A stretch of 64,000 bases of DNA from the human T2T-CHM13v2.0 reference genome, Homo sapiens, in assembly GCF_009914755.1 (NCBI RefSeq), contig NC_060928.1. One strand, written 5' to 3'. Each line of letters starts with the position of its first letter. The first letter of the stretch is position 1. The notes beneath the pieces were generated by a model. It ran no database searches. It was not told where the DNA came from and was given only the letters and a program-made list of their open reading frames with translations. A program made the position numbers and the translations under genes. Shown one piece after another: positions 45,358 through 57,644 of this stretch.

Positions 45358-47110
45358 TTATAATTCCCACTAGAAATGTATGAGAGTATCAGTTGCTATT
45401 AATCATTAATACTGGATATTTTCTTTTTAATTTTAGCTGTTGTAGTAGGTATGTAATGTGGTTTTAATTTTGCATTTCCCTGTGACTAATAATGTTAAAT
45501 ACCTTTCTATATACCTATTTGTTGCTTATAGCCTTCTGTGAAATGCCTATTCAAATATTTTGCTTACTTTAGTTTTTGCCTTCTTATTATTGAGCTATAG
45601 GTATTTTTAGCATACTCTGGTTACAATCTGAATAAACTATATGTTTTTAAAACATTTTTTTTCCCAGGATAAGGCTTGTTTTATTATTTTCTCTAAGATT
45701 TCTTTTGAAGAGAATTTCTAAAAATTCAATGTGGTCAAAATTATCAACTTTTTATTGTGTGGTTCAAAATTTTCGCTTTCCCTAAGGACACAAAGATTTC
45801 CTACTAGAATTTTATTTTCAGTAAGTTTTAGAGTTTTAGTACTTACATTTATATCTCAGAGCTATTTCAAGTTTAATTGTTTTACATGGCATGACATAGA
45901 GAAAAAACACATTTTTTGGCATACCAATATAAAGTTATTACAGCAATATTTGTTGAAAATGTTTCCATTTTCTATTGAATAACTTTAGCATCTATGTAAA
46001 AAATTAACAGACCATCTACAATAGTCAATTTTTGAACCCTGAATTCTGCTTCCCTTATCTACGTGTATTCAAACTATTTTGATATCTGTAATTATAGAGT
46101 ATATTCTTGAAATTAAGTCCTAAATCTTTGGAATTTTATTCACAATTGTTTTGGCTATTTTGAGTAATTTGTATTTCCACACAAATTTTAGAATCAGCTT
46201 GGCAATTTCTGAAAAAGAAGCTTGCTGGTCTTTCTATTGTGTTTCATCTGTAGATCAATTTGGAGAGAATTCACATTGCATCTTCTAATCTATTAATAAA
46301 GTATAAAGATTTATTAGGAATGTTAAAGATTTTCTCACCAATGTTTTGTATTTTGCAGCATACAGGTCTAACATGTTTTGTTAAATGTATCCCTAATTTT
46401 TTTATACATTCTGATGCTATTATCGGTGGCACAATTTCAACTTCAAATTTCAACATTTCTTGATGAGTATTTAGAAACACTATTAATTTTTGAACACTGA
46501 CCTTATAACTGTGACATTGAAAAATTCACTTATTAATTCTAGTGTCTTTTTTGTAAGCTTGTTTTATTTTTCCACATAGACTTTTATTTTTGTCTGTGAA
46601 AAAAAGACAGTTTTACTACTTCTTTTCCAATCAGTATGCTTATATTTTTCTTGACTTATTAAAGTGGCTAGGAACTCCAGTGCTATGTTGAATAGGAGAT
46701 GTGAACACAGCCATCCTTGTCTTGCTTCTCATTTGAGGGCAAAAACACTCAGTCTTTCATCAACAAATACATTGATCTGTAATCTTTTCGTATAAATCAT
46801 TTATTAGCTTGAAAATGAGTCTTTCTATCTCTAGTTGGCTGCTAATTTTTATCATAAGTGTATTTAAATTTGTTGGTCTTTTTGGTATCTTTTAAGATAA
46901 TCATTTTTTTCTTTTTTAATCTATGACTATGGTAAATTACACTGAGTGATTTTTCAAATGTTAAACAATTCTTGCATTCTTGGACAAATCCCATTTAGTC
47001 ATAATGTATTATTCTTTTGTATGTTATTGAATATGATTTAAACAGTTTTTGAAAAAAAAGTTTTGGATCTACGTTAAAAAAGATATTGGTCTCTTGTTTT
47101 CTTTAATTAA
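45358..47110 (-). mobile_element. L1M ORF2 segment inverted relative to its flanks
   Basis: Minus strand starts aaagaaaacaagagaccaatat, the L1 position right after the end of the plus fragment. Confidence 0.85.
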
Positions 47111-47112
47111 TA

Positions 47113-50100
47113 GCAAAAAATGATACAAAAAGTGAAGGGAGAAATAGTCAAAGAAATAGATAGCATAAAGAAAAAACAAAAACTTCAGGAAACATTGGAC
47201 ACACTTATAGAAATGCAAAATGCTCTGGGATGTCTAAGAAATAGAATTGAATGAGTAGAATAAAGAAATTCAGAGCTCAAAGACAAAATCTTCTAATTAA
47301 CCCAATCCAACATAGACAAAGAAAAAATAATAAGAAAATATGTACAAAGCCTCCAAGAAGTCTGGGATATGTTAAACAACCAAACTAAGAATAATTGGTT
47401 TTCCAGAGGAAGGAGAGAAATCTAAAAGTTTGGCAAACATATTTGGGGGAATAATCAAAGAAAACTTCCCTGGCCTTGCTAGAGACCTATATGACAAAAT
47501 GCAAGAAGTACAAAGGACTTCTGGGGAATTCATTGCAAAAAGATCATCACCTAGGTACACTGTCATCAGGTTATCTAAAGTTAAGATAAAGGAAAGTACC
47601 TTAAGACCTATGGGACAGAAACACCAGGTAACCTATGAAAGAAAACCTATCAGATTAACAGCAGATTTATCAGCAGAAACCCTACAAGCTAGAAGGGATT
47701 GGGGTCCTATCTTCAGCCTCCTCAAACAAAACAATTATTAGCCAAGAATTTTGTATCCAGCAAAACTAAGTATCATATATGAAGAAAAGATACAGTCTTT
47801 TTCAGACAAACAAATGCTGAGAAATTTGCCACCACCAAGCCATCACTACAAGAACTGCTAAAAGAAACTCTAAGTCTTGAAACAAATTCTGGAAACACAT
47901 CAAAACAGGACCTCTTTAAAGCATAAATCAGACAGGACCTATAAAGCAAAAATACAATTTGAAAAGCAAAAACAGAAACCAAAAACCAAGGTACACAGGC
48001 AACAAATACCATGATGAATGGAATGGTACCTCACATCTCAATACTAACATTCAATACACATGGCATAAATGCTCCACTTAAAAGGTACAGAACTGCAGAA
48101 TGGATAAGAACTCACCAACCAACTATCTGCTGCCTTCAGGAGACTACACATAAGAACTCACATAAACTTAAAGTAAAGGGGTAGAAAAAGACATTTCCTG
48201 CAAATGGACACTGAAAGCCAGCAAGGGTAGCTATTCTTATGTAAGAGAAAACAAACTTTAAAGCAACAGCAGTTAAAAAGATAAAGAGGGACATTATATA
48301 ATGGTAAAAAGGCCTTGTCTAACAGGAAAATATCATAATCCTAAACATATATGCACATAAACTGGAGCTCCCAAATTTATAAAACAAATACTACTAGACC
48401 TAAGAAATGAGATAGACAGCAACACAATAGTAGTGGGGGACTTCACTATTCCACTGACAGCACTAGACAGGTCATGAAGACATACAGTCAACAAAGAAAC
48501 AATGGATTTGAACTATACCATGAAACAAATGGGCTTAACAGATATATACAGAACTTTCCATCCAATAACTGCAGAATACACATTTGTATTCAAGAGCACA
48601 TGGAACTTTCTCCAAGATAGATCATATGATAGGTCATAAAACAAGCCTCATTAAATTTAAGAAATTTGAAATTATATCAAGCACTCTCTCAGACCACAGT
48701 GGAATAAAACTGGAAATCAGCTCCAAAAGGAACTTCAAAACCATGCAAATACATGGCAATTAAATAACCTGCTCCTGAATGAGCATTGGGTCAAAAACTA
48801 AATCAAGTTGGAAATTAAAACATTCTTCAAACTGAACGACAATAATGACACAACCTATCAAAACCTCTGGGATACAGCAAAGGTGGTGCTAGGAGGAAAG
48901 TTCATAGCCCCAAATGCCTCCATTAAAAAGACTGAAAGAGCACAGACATTCTAAGGTCATACATCAAAGAACTAGAGAAACAAGAACAAGTCAAACCCAA
49001 ACCCAGAAGAAGAAAGGAAACATGAAAATCAGAGCAGAAATAAATTAAATTGAAACAAAAAAATACAAAATATAAATGAAGCAAACAGCCAGTTCTTTGA
49101 AAAGATAAATAAAATTGAAAGATCATTAGCAAGATTAATGAAGAAGAGAGAAAATCCAAATAACCTCATTAAGAAATGAAACAGGAGATATTATAACTGA
49201 CACCACTGAAATACAAAAGATCATTCAAGGCTACTATGAAAACTTTTACGCACATCAAGTAGAAAACCTAGAAAAGATAAATGAATTACTGGAAAAATAC
49301 AATTCTCCTAGCTTAAATCAGGAAGAATTAGATACTCTGAACACACCAATAACAAGCAGTGGCATTGAAATGCTGATTTAAAAATTACCAACAAAAAAAG
49401 TCCAGGACCAGACGAATTCACAGCAGAATTCTACTAGACATCCAAAGAAGAATTGGTACCAATCCTTTTGACACTATTCCATAAGATAGAGAAAGAGGGA
49501 ACCCTACCTAATTCATTCTATGAGGCCAGCATCACCTTAATACCAACCAGGAAAGGATATAACAAAAAAAGAAAATTACAGACCAATATCCCTGATGAAC
49601 ATAGATGCTAAAATCCTTAACAAAATACTAGCTAACAAAATCCAACAACACTTCAAAAAGATAATCCACCATGATCAAGTGGGTTTCACACCAGGGATGT
49701 AGGGACAGTTTGATATACACAAGTCAATAAATGTGATACACCACATAAACAGAATTAAAAACAAAAATCACATGATCATTTCACTAGATGCAGAAAAAGC
49801 ATTTGACAACATCCAGCATCCCTTGATTAAAACTCTCAGCAAAATCAGCATACAAGGGACATACCTCAATTTAATAAAAACCATCTCTTACAAAGCCACA
49901 GCCAACATAATATTGAATGGGGAAAAGTTGAAGGCCTTCCCTCTGAGAACTGGAACAAGAGAAGGATGTCCACTCTCACCACTCCACTTCAATGTAGTAC
50001 TGGAAAGTCCTAGCCAGAGCAATCAGACAAGATAAAGAAATAAAGGGCATCCAAATCAGCGAAGAGGAAGTCAAACTGTCACTGTTTGCTGACGATATGA

Positions 50101-51614
50101 TTGTTTACCTCAAAAACTCTAAAGACTCCTCCAGAAAGCTCCTAGAACTCGTATAAGAATTCAACAACGTTTCTGGATACAAGATTAATGTACACAAATC
50201 AGTAGCTCTTCTATACACCAACAGCGGCCAAGTGGAGAATCAAATGAAGAACTCAACCCCTTTTACAATAGCTGCAAAAAACAAAAAACTTAGGAATATA
50301 CTTAACTAAGGAGGCAAAAGACCTCTACAATGAAAACTGCAGAACACTGATGAAATAAATCATAAACAACCCAAACAAATAGAAACATATCCCATGCTCA
50401 TGGATGGATAGAATCCAATATTGTGAAAATGACCATACTGACAAAAGCAATCTACAAATTCAAAGCAATCCCCATCAAAATACCACCATCATTCTTCACA
50501 GAATTATAAAAAAAATTAAAATTCATATGAAGCCTGCATAGCCAATGCAAGACTAAGCAAAAAAACAAACCTGGAGGCATCACACTACCTGATTTCAAAC
50601 TATACTTTAAGGCCATAGTCACCAAAACAGCATGGTGCTGGTATAAAAATGGGCACATAGACCAATGGAACAGAATAGAGAACCCAGAAATAAACCCAAA
50701 TACTTACAGCCAACTTGTCTTCAACAAAGCGAACAAAAATATAAAGTAGTGAAAAGACACCCTTTTCAACAAATTGTGTTGGGATAATTGCCCAGCCATA
50801 TGTAGGAGAATGAAAATGGATCCTCATCTCTAACCTTACACAAAAATCAACTCAAGATTGATTAAGGACTTAAATTTAAGACCTGAAACAAAAAATTCTA
50901 GAAGATAATAGACATTGGCTTAGGCAAGGATTTTATGACCAAGAACCCCAAAGCAAATGCAATAGAAAAAGAGTAAATAACTGGGACTTAATTAAACTAA
51001 AGAGCTTTTGCTTGGCAAAAGGAACAGTCACCAGAGTAAAAGGCAACCCATAGAGTGGGAGAAAATTGTCACAATCTATACATCTGACAAAGGACTAATA
51101 TCCAGAGTCTACAATTAACTCAAACAAATCAGCAAGAAAAAAACAATCCCATCAAAAAGTGGGCTAAGAACATGAATAGACAATTCCCAAAACAAGATAT
51201 ACAAATGACCAACAAAAATGAAAAAATGTTCAACATCACTAATGATCAGGGAAATGCATATCAAAACCACAGTGCAATACCACCTACTCCTGCAAGAATG
51301 ACCATAATCAAAAAATCAAAAAACAGTAGATGTTGGCGTGGATGCAGTGAACAGGGAACACTTCTACACTGCTGGTGGGAATGTAAATTAGTACAGCCAC
51401 TATGGAAAACAGTGTGGAGATTCCTTAAAGAACTAAAAGTAGAACTACCATTTGATCCAGCAATCCCATGACTGAGTATCTACCCTGAAGAAAGGAAGTC
51501 ATTACATGAAAAAGATACTTGCACATGCATGTTTATAGCAGCACAATTCGCAATTGCAAAATCATGGAACCAACCCAAATGCCCATCAATCAATGAGTGG
51601 ATAAAGAAACTGTG

Positions 51615-51656
<42 letters not shown>

Positions 51657-51665
51657 GTATGTATA

Positions 51666-51707
<42 letters not shown>

Positions 51708-52017
51708 GGAATACTACTCAGCCATAAAAAAGAATGAATTAACGCATTTTCTGTGACCTGGATGAGATTGGAGACTATTATTCTAAGTGAAGCAATTCAG
51801 GAATGGAAAACCAAACACTGTATGTTCTCACTGACATGTGGGAGCTAAGCTATGAGGATGCAAAGTCATAAGAATGATACAATGGACTTTGGGGACTTGG
51901 GAGGAAGGGTGGGAGTAGGGGGAGGGACAAAAGACTACAAATAGGGTGCAGTGTATACTTAACTCATATAACCAAATATCACCTGTCTATACCCCAATAA
52001 CCTATGGAAAAAAAAAA
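47113..52017 (+). mobile_element. L1PB1-like LINE, 5' truncated; ORF1 and ORF2 disrupted
   Basis: ORF1 remnant (47430-47741), ORF2 start near 48011, RT motifs [13 protein letters not shown] (in ORF 49733-50035) and FADDM (50085-50099), 3' UTR gggagctaagctatgaggatgcaaag, A tail; stops and frameshifts. Confidence 0.95.
51614..51705. repeat. Compound (TG)n(TA)n(CA)n microsatellite in L1PB1
   Basis: Read directly. Confidence 0.95.
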
Positions 52018-52260
52018 CCCAGACCAGGAAGACTACATATGGTATTATTTCATTTAAATGAACTTCTAGAAAAGGAAAAATATAACTATAGAAACCAGAA
52101 GTGGCTGTTACAGGTAAGGAGTCACAGAAAGGAAACTTATAGTAAAGAGGAGATGAAAATGATCTATTACACAATATAACTATCAAAATTCAATCAAATT
52201 GAACCTTTAAATTTAGTTTTAAAAATTTTATATAAAACATACTTCAATAAAGCTAAGAAA
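52018..52260 (+). mobile_element. L1M 3' UTR fragment
   Basis: tttcatttaaatgaacttctagaaaagg ... atacttcaataaagct. Confidence 0.7.
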
Positions 52261-52321
52261 CAAAATTCTTTGATGATATTTATGTCTATTGAAGAAATGA
52301 AAACTGCTATTAGAAAAAATA

Positions 52322-52490
52322 TATTTTATTATTTCCAACACACCATTTTTTTTACATCTTAACATCTCTAAAATTAGAATGCATGTTACACTTCATGGTT
52401 TCTTAAAATCAGAATATTTTTCTTTCTGAATGCTATGTAAAATGAGGCTTTTTACACTTGATGGTATATTAGATTCAATAAATTATAGCA
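52322..52490. mobile_element. MER104-like (TcMar-Tc2) MITE remnant
   Basis: ttaacatctctaaaattagaatgcatgttaca ... gatggtatattagattcaataaa. Confidence 0.5.
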
Positions 52491-53059
52491 ATACTAATGG
52501 TTGGATTAAGTTTACTATGTCATGTTTATACCATCCGTGTTTAAGAATTGAATACTTTGGGCTATATTCAAAACTGCACTATTCCATTAATGGTACATAA
52601 AAACACAAATCTTATAAATGACTTAGAAAAAAAGCTATAAATGAGTAAAATGCACCAATTTATAGGAAAGTTTTTTGTTTATTAGTAAAAGGTCATAAAA
52701 AGTAATTTGCAATTTATTTTAATTATATAATATTTCAAAATTAGAGAAAATACATGTGTAATATAAAAGAAACCTATGTATTTATCACCCATAATTATCA
52801 AAATTGCCATTTAGAAAAAGATATACAATTCCATCCCCTCCCCTCTTTCCTTTTCCCACAGAAATAACTACAATTCTGAAGTTGTTACATGTTCTTCACA
52901 CTTATGTTCTTATAGTTTGTATTCAAGAAATAACTAAGTATGGGCCTTAATATAATGGAATACAATCTAATCATCAAAATAAATGAACCAAATCTGCATT
53001 TATCTACAGAGAATATTCTTGAAAACTTACCTTAAGAGAAAAATCAAGTAATGAATGTA

Positions 53060-53283
53060 TAATAATAACAATAACAAAGTACTTCAGGCTATTTTCCATG
53101 TGCTAGACATTGTTCTAAGCACTTCAAATACATTAATTTAATCTCAAGAAAAGTCCTAAGAGTTATCCCAGTTTACAGATGAGAAAACTGAGGAACAGAA
53201 AGATTAACTATTTTGCTGAAGATCAAACAGTAATTTATTTACATGCAATCTGTCCCTAAAATAAACTCTTACCCACTCTATTA
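53060..53283 (-). mobile_element. MIR SINE
   Basis: Core tttacagatgagaaaactgagg; cattgttctaagcactt. Confidence 0.88.
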
Positions 53284-53299
53284 TGTGTAAATATAGTAT

Positions 53300-53660
53300 T
53301 GTTCTTAACTGCTCTAACAAATAGACAAAATAGAAATTTATGTCTCACTCAAATAGTAGTGAAGAATCAATGTTTCTGGCCAGCAAGGTAAAGTAGGTGA
53401 GAGGAGTGGGTAAGTAGGCAGTCTTTCAGAAACCCAGACTCATAGCAAATCAGCCATTTTCAAAAACTGGCTTCCAAGATCTCTGGCAATCCCAGTTGAA
53501 CAGAAAGAGACAATACATAGAGGACAAAACAAATAATGTTTAAGAATCAGGCCTGGAAGTGACAGACATCATTTCCACTCACATTGCAATAACTAGAATT
53601 CAGTTGTTCATCTATGGTAACTACATGATGGTCAAGATAACATGGTCTAGCTGATGGTAA
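53300..53660 (-). mobile_element. Ancient LTR remnant (LTR33/MLT1-like)
   Basis: ggcttccaag, ggcctggaagtgacagacatcatttccactcacatt. Confidence 0.5.
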
Positions 53661-53669
53661 GTCAGAAAC

Positions 53670-54780
53670 TGTGATAGGTCTGAGATGTTACCCTACTTTC
53701 ACAGTTATATATTGACAAATAGATAGACAGATAGATGGTGACATTGTTTCCCTGTGTCCCCACTCAAATCTCATCTTGAATTGTAACTCCCACAATTCCC
53801 ACAGTTCATGGGAAGAACCCAGTGGGAGGTCATTGAATCATGGGGGCGGGTCTTTCCCATGCTGTTCTCATGATAGTGAATAAGTCTCATGAGATCTGAT
53901 GGTTTTAAAAACAAGAATTTCCCTGCACGAGCTCTCTCTCTTTGCCTGGGGTCATCCATGTAAAACGTGACTTGAACCTCCTTGCCTTCCAGCATGATTG
54001 TGAGGCCTCCACACCCATTTGGAACTATAAGTCCATTAGACCTCTTTTATAAATTGCCCAGTCTCAGGCATGTCTTTATTGGCATTGTGAAAACAGACTA
54101 ATACAGATGGATTAGATAGACAGAGAGACAGATAAATCGATACTAGTAGAAATATCAGGCATCTGGGTCAGAAATCAGAGGTTTATTTTCTTACAATAAC
54201 AGCAGCCAGAGTAACGTAGCACTGGTTCCCCAAGGCTAGTACCACCTAGGTGACCAGATGAGAGGCTACATATAGTCAAAGAGATAGTTCCACACATATG
54301 CCAAGATTGTACTGTGGAAGGGAGACTCTGAAAATATGGATCTAGTAGAGGAACAATTGTCTCTCCTTCCCTCTTAAATGAAGGGAGGACAACCTTTTAT
54401 TCCTAATGTAAGCATATTCACCTTGGGAAGAAAAGGGAAAGAATTTTGAGTTCTTATACTTTGAATGTAAATATGCTTCTAGATGGAAAAAATACTAGCA
54501 TCTCTAAGTTTACCACTCGGGGTTTTCTCTTCATTTGAAATGTAAACATACAGGGAAATAATTCTCTTATTTCCTTCAAAGGTCTCCTTCTGAAGAGGGT
54601 GAAGATCTCTACCCCGAAATGTAAGTGTTTTGCTCTGGGTAAATTAGGAGAAATCTTAATCTCCAGATGGGATCAACTGGCTACAATTAAGGAGACAAAA
54701 GATTGCAGATCTAGTATCCATACTATATGAAGAGAACATTTATTTTTTCTGGGGGAAATAAAGCAAACATTATCTTCATA
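53670..54780 (-). mobile_element. ERVL LTR of the MER73/74/88 group, interrupted by THE1
   Basis: ggtctgagatgttaccctactt and ctgggtcagaaatcagaggtttatt...acagcagccagagt; right boundary uncertain. Confidence 0.5.
53739..54105 (+). mobile_element. THE1 (THE1C-like) solo LTR
   Basis: Same subfamily pattern as 218-587; perfect TSD gatgg. Confidence 0.94.
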
Positions 54781-55039
54781 GTGTATCAATGTCTGTCTTT
54801 TAGATGGTCAAGACCTCATAACAACACCAAGAAATCCAGGGAAGATTTATTTTCCCACCTCTGTGTTGGCTCAAGAAGAAAAGAATAGATTTCAATGGCA
54901 GCTAGTATAAATATTATCTAGAAATATAACCTAGTAATTTTTTTAAAAATACAATCCAATATTACACATTGGTTATGGATACATAAATATGATAGTGTTG
55001 ATGTTGATATTCCCACCCCTCCCCCCATTTATTCTAATT

Positions 55040-55330
55040 TATGACAGGCTGATTTCCACATTTTCCACCCTCATCATTCTACATAACCTGTTCTTGCTAA
55101 GACCACCAATAGTTCCCTACTTGGCAAAGCCAATGCGTTCTTTCAGTCTTCTTTCTACTTAACCTCTCTTCAGCCATTGGCAATATTAATTATTCCCTCT
55201 CTCTCTTCCTAATTTCCATGCCATTACTTATATTCTACTACTCTGTTTGCCACTTTATTAGATTCTCTTCCTCCATCCCTCCCAAAAATGATAGCCATTC
55301 TCAGCCTCTATCTGTACATTCCCACTAAGT
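55040..55330 (+). mobile_element. L2 ORF2 fragment
   Basis: tgttcttgctaagaccaccaat...tcagtctt...acttaacctctct. Confidence 0.65.
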
Positions 55331-56179
55331 AATTGGTTACATTATAGAGACACTAGGATAACAGTTTTTAAAAACTCAGTGAAGGAGTACTCGCTTCCCT
55401 GTACCTCCTGGTTTCACTGTTATAATTGAAGTAACAATACAAAACAGTTCACAGTTAAAGTACTGTCTGCATGTATAGGTTGGTACCAAATAGGCAACAT
55501 ATGCAGCATGAAATATGAAAACTAACATGCCAATTTCCACTGCCCCTTTTCTGTGTTCCTAACCTTTAACACTTCTAAACATCTCTCCTTCAAAGAGCTT
55601 AGATTTAGGACTTCCCATATCTTTTCTCTTTTCTGATGTTGAAGTTCCCATTTCCTAAACACCAGTCATTGGCAAAAAGCACACAATTAAACCTATTAAA
55701 AGGCAAGTAAATATGTAGCTAAACCCATTTACAGCATAAGGAATTTAGTTAATATGACCTCAGTTTACTCAGCAAATGCATTATTTTATTCTCTTTCTGA
55801 TTCACTAACTTGCAATTTTTTGGATTATTTTTTCCTAATTTTTATACTTAGGATTACTGTCTTTCTTAACATATTCTAACTCTGGTGAGGTGTTAACCTC
55901 ATCTTGACTGAGACCTAAGTCCACCATTTCAAATTCTGGCAGAAAATTTTCATTTAAAGTTACTCCAAATCCATACTCCCTGAGATGGAGTAACTTTAAA
56001 AGAAAGTTACTCCACAGAAAGCCCACATATTGGCAATCTTGGGCTTTTTTACCCAAGGAGAAAACAACTTGCCCTCAGCTTCTTAATTTTCCTCTTTAAA
56101 ATCCAAAAGATGTTAAATAAATTTCCAGCTTCTTCTTACCTCACCCCCACAACAGCATTAGATTACCTACCTCAAAGAA

Positions 56180-56770
56180 CTTATTCCTTTTTAAAGTTAT
56201 CAAACATTTATTTGGTAAAATTTGGGCACCAAATGCTTTGTACTTGGTGCCAGACTTACAGAAATGCAGAAGACATAGTAGAGAGTATCAAAAAGGGTCA
56301 CTTGGCAGAAGCTATACATAGAAAGAAATGGCCTCTCAGAGGAGATAAAGCATCAGCTGAATCTCTGAATAATAAACAGGCATTATATTAGTTTATATGA
56401 AGAAGGGATAGGAGAATGCTTAGCATGAAAGCAAGAGTACATGCAAAGGCACAGAGACTTAAGAAGGCATGATGCCCTTAACTAAAGATTTTAACTTACA
56501 GCTAAAGAGTGGTGCAAGTGTAAGGAAGAAAGTCAGATAGGTAGGCAAAGGAAAGCTTACAATACTCTCTGTATAATCTGAAAACAAATGTGAAATTTAT
56601 TCTGAAAGCACAGAAAACCTAATGGACAATTTGAGAAGAAAAGTAACATGATCAGATTTGCAAAGAACTCTTGAGTGGCAGTGATAAAGATGAACTCAAT
56701 GGGGCAATGATAATGAAAGCAAGCAATTAAAAGGCAAGGGGATAGTGAAGAGAATAAATGGTGCCCTAGG
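56180..56770 (-). mobile_element. L2 fragment
   Basis: caaacatttatt, catgcaaaggcacagag, aacatgatcagatttg. Confidence 0.7.
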
Positions 56771-56919
56771 ATAAATGGGTAAAATTTGTACCAACTTTAT
56801 CATTACATGTAAAGAATACTTTCATGATGACTAGTAGCCAATAAAGTATGATTTACAATGCTATAGCAATTTTCTCTTTAAAGCACTCAGTGCACACCTA
56901 GATGGTCATCTCGTAAGAA

Positions 56920-57525
56920 TGGTGCTGAATATAGGGTAGATACAAATCTAAAAAATATTTACATTAAAAATTTTCCCTGGTGCCAAAGGGAAGAGAACTC
57001 CTTTCCCACCCATCGAAGAACTACTTGTCTTCTATTAGAACACCGGAAATTGTAAATGTTTTTTTCTGTCTCTTTGAGATATATGCAAATCTTTCTAAAA
57101 TTCAATGAGCCTCTTGCCAGTTTTGATCCCAGGAATGTCTTTCATGGGGACCTCTGAAAACATCTTTTTTGAAATATAAACATCAAGGAGAGGGGCACTC
57201 TTTCTCCCTGACTCCTCAGAAGTTTAAGCCTAGATATTTGACTCCAAGATGTAACTTCCTATTTGTTGAAAACATGCAAGTTTAATTTTTCCTTTGAATG
57301 GAAACATTTAAACATAGAATCCAACATGTATGTAATGGATTGCATCAGCTTGGCTATAGAAAATAGTTAGATTCCTTTGTTCTTTGCCATCTCTTTAGGG
57401 ATTGCCTAGAATGTGAATTGTAGTCAGTTGAATGCTCATTCAATGATAAAAACTTTTTTTTTTTCTATATTTGTGAGGAGAAATTTGGGGGTTGGCAGAT
57501 TTTATATTTTATTATATTTCCACCA
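56920..57525 (+). mobile_element. MER67-like ERV1 LTR
   Basis: gcctcttgccagttttgatcccaggaatgtctttc, tttgaaatataaacatcaagga. Confidence 0.72.
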
Positions 57526-57644
57526 GAAGAAGAGATTCTTGCAAGGTATAGGATACTAAATTGAATAACTTATGAGACTATATCATTATAACACCCAATG
57601 AGGTTAGAAGTTCAAATATCTATACTAATGTATTATACTATATA

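Noticed and set aside
47430-51756. L1 ORF1/ORF2 peptides as functional CDS
   Set aside because: 5' truncated with many stops and frameshifts; dead element
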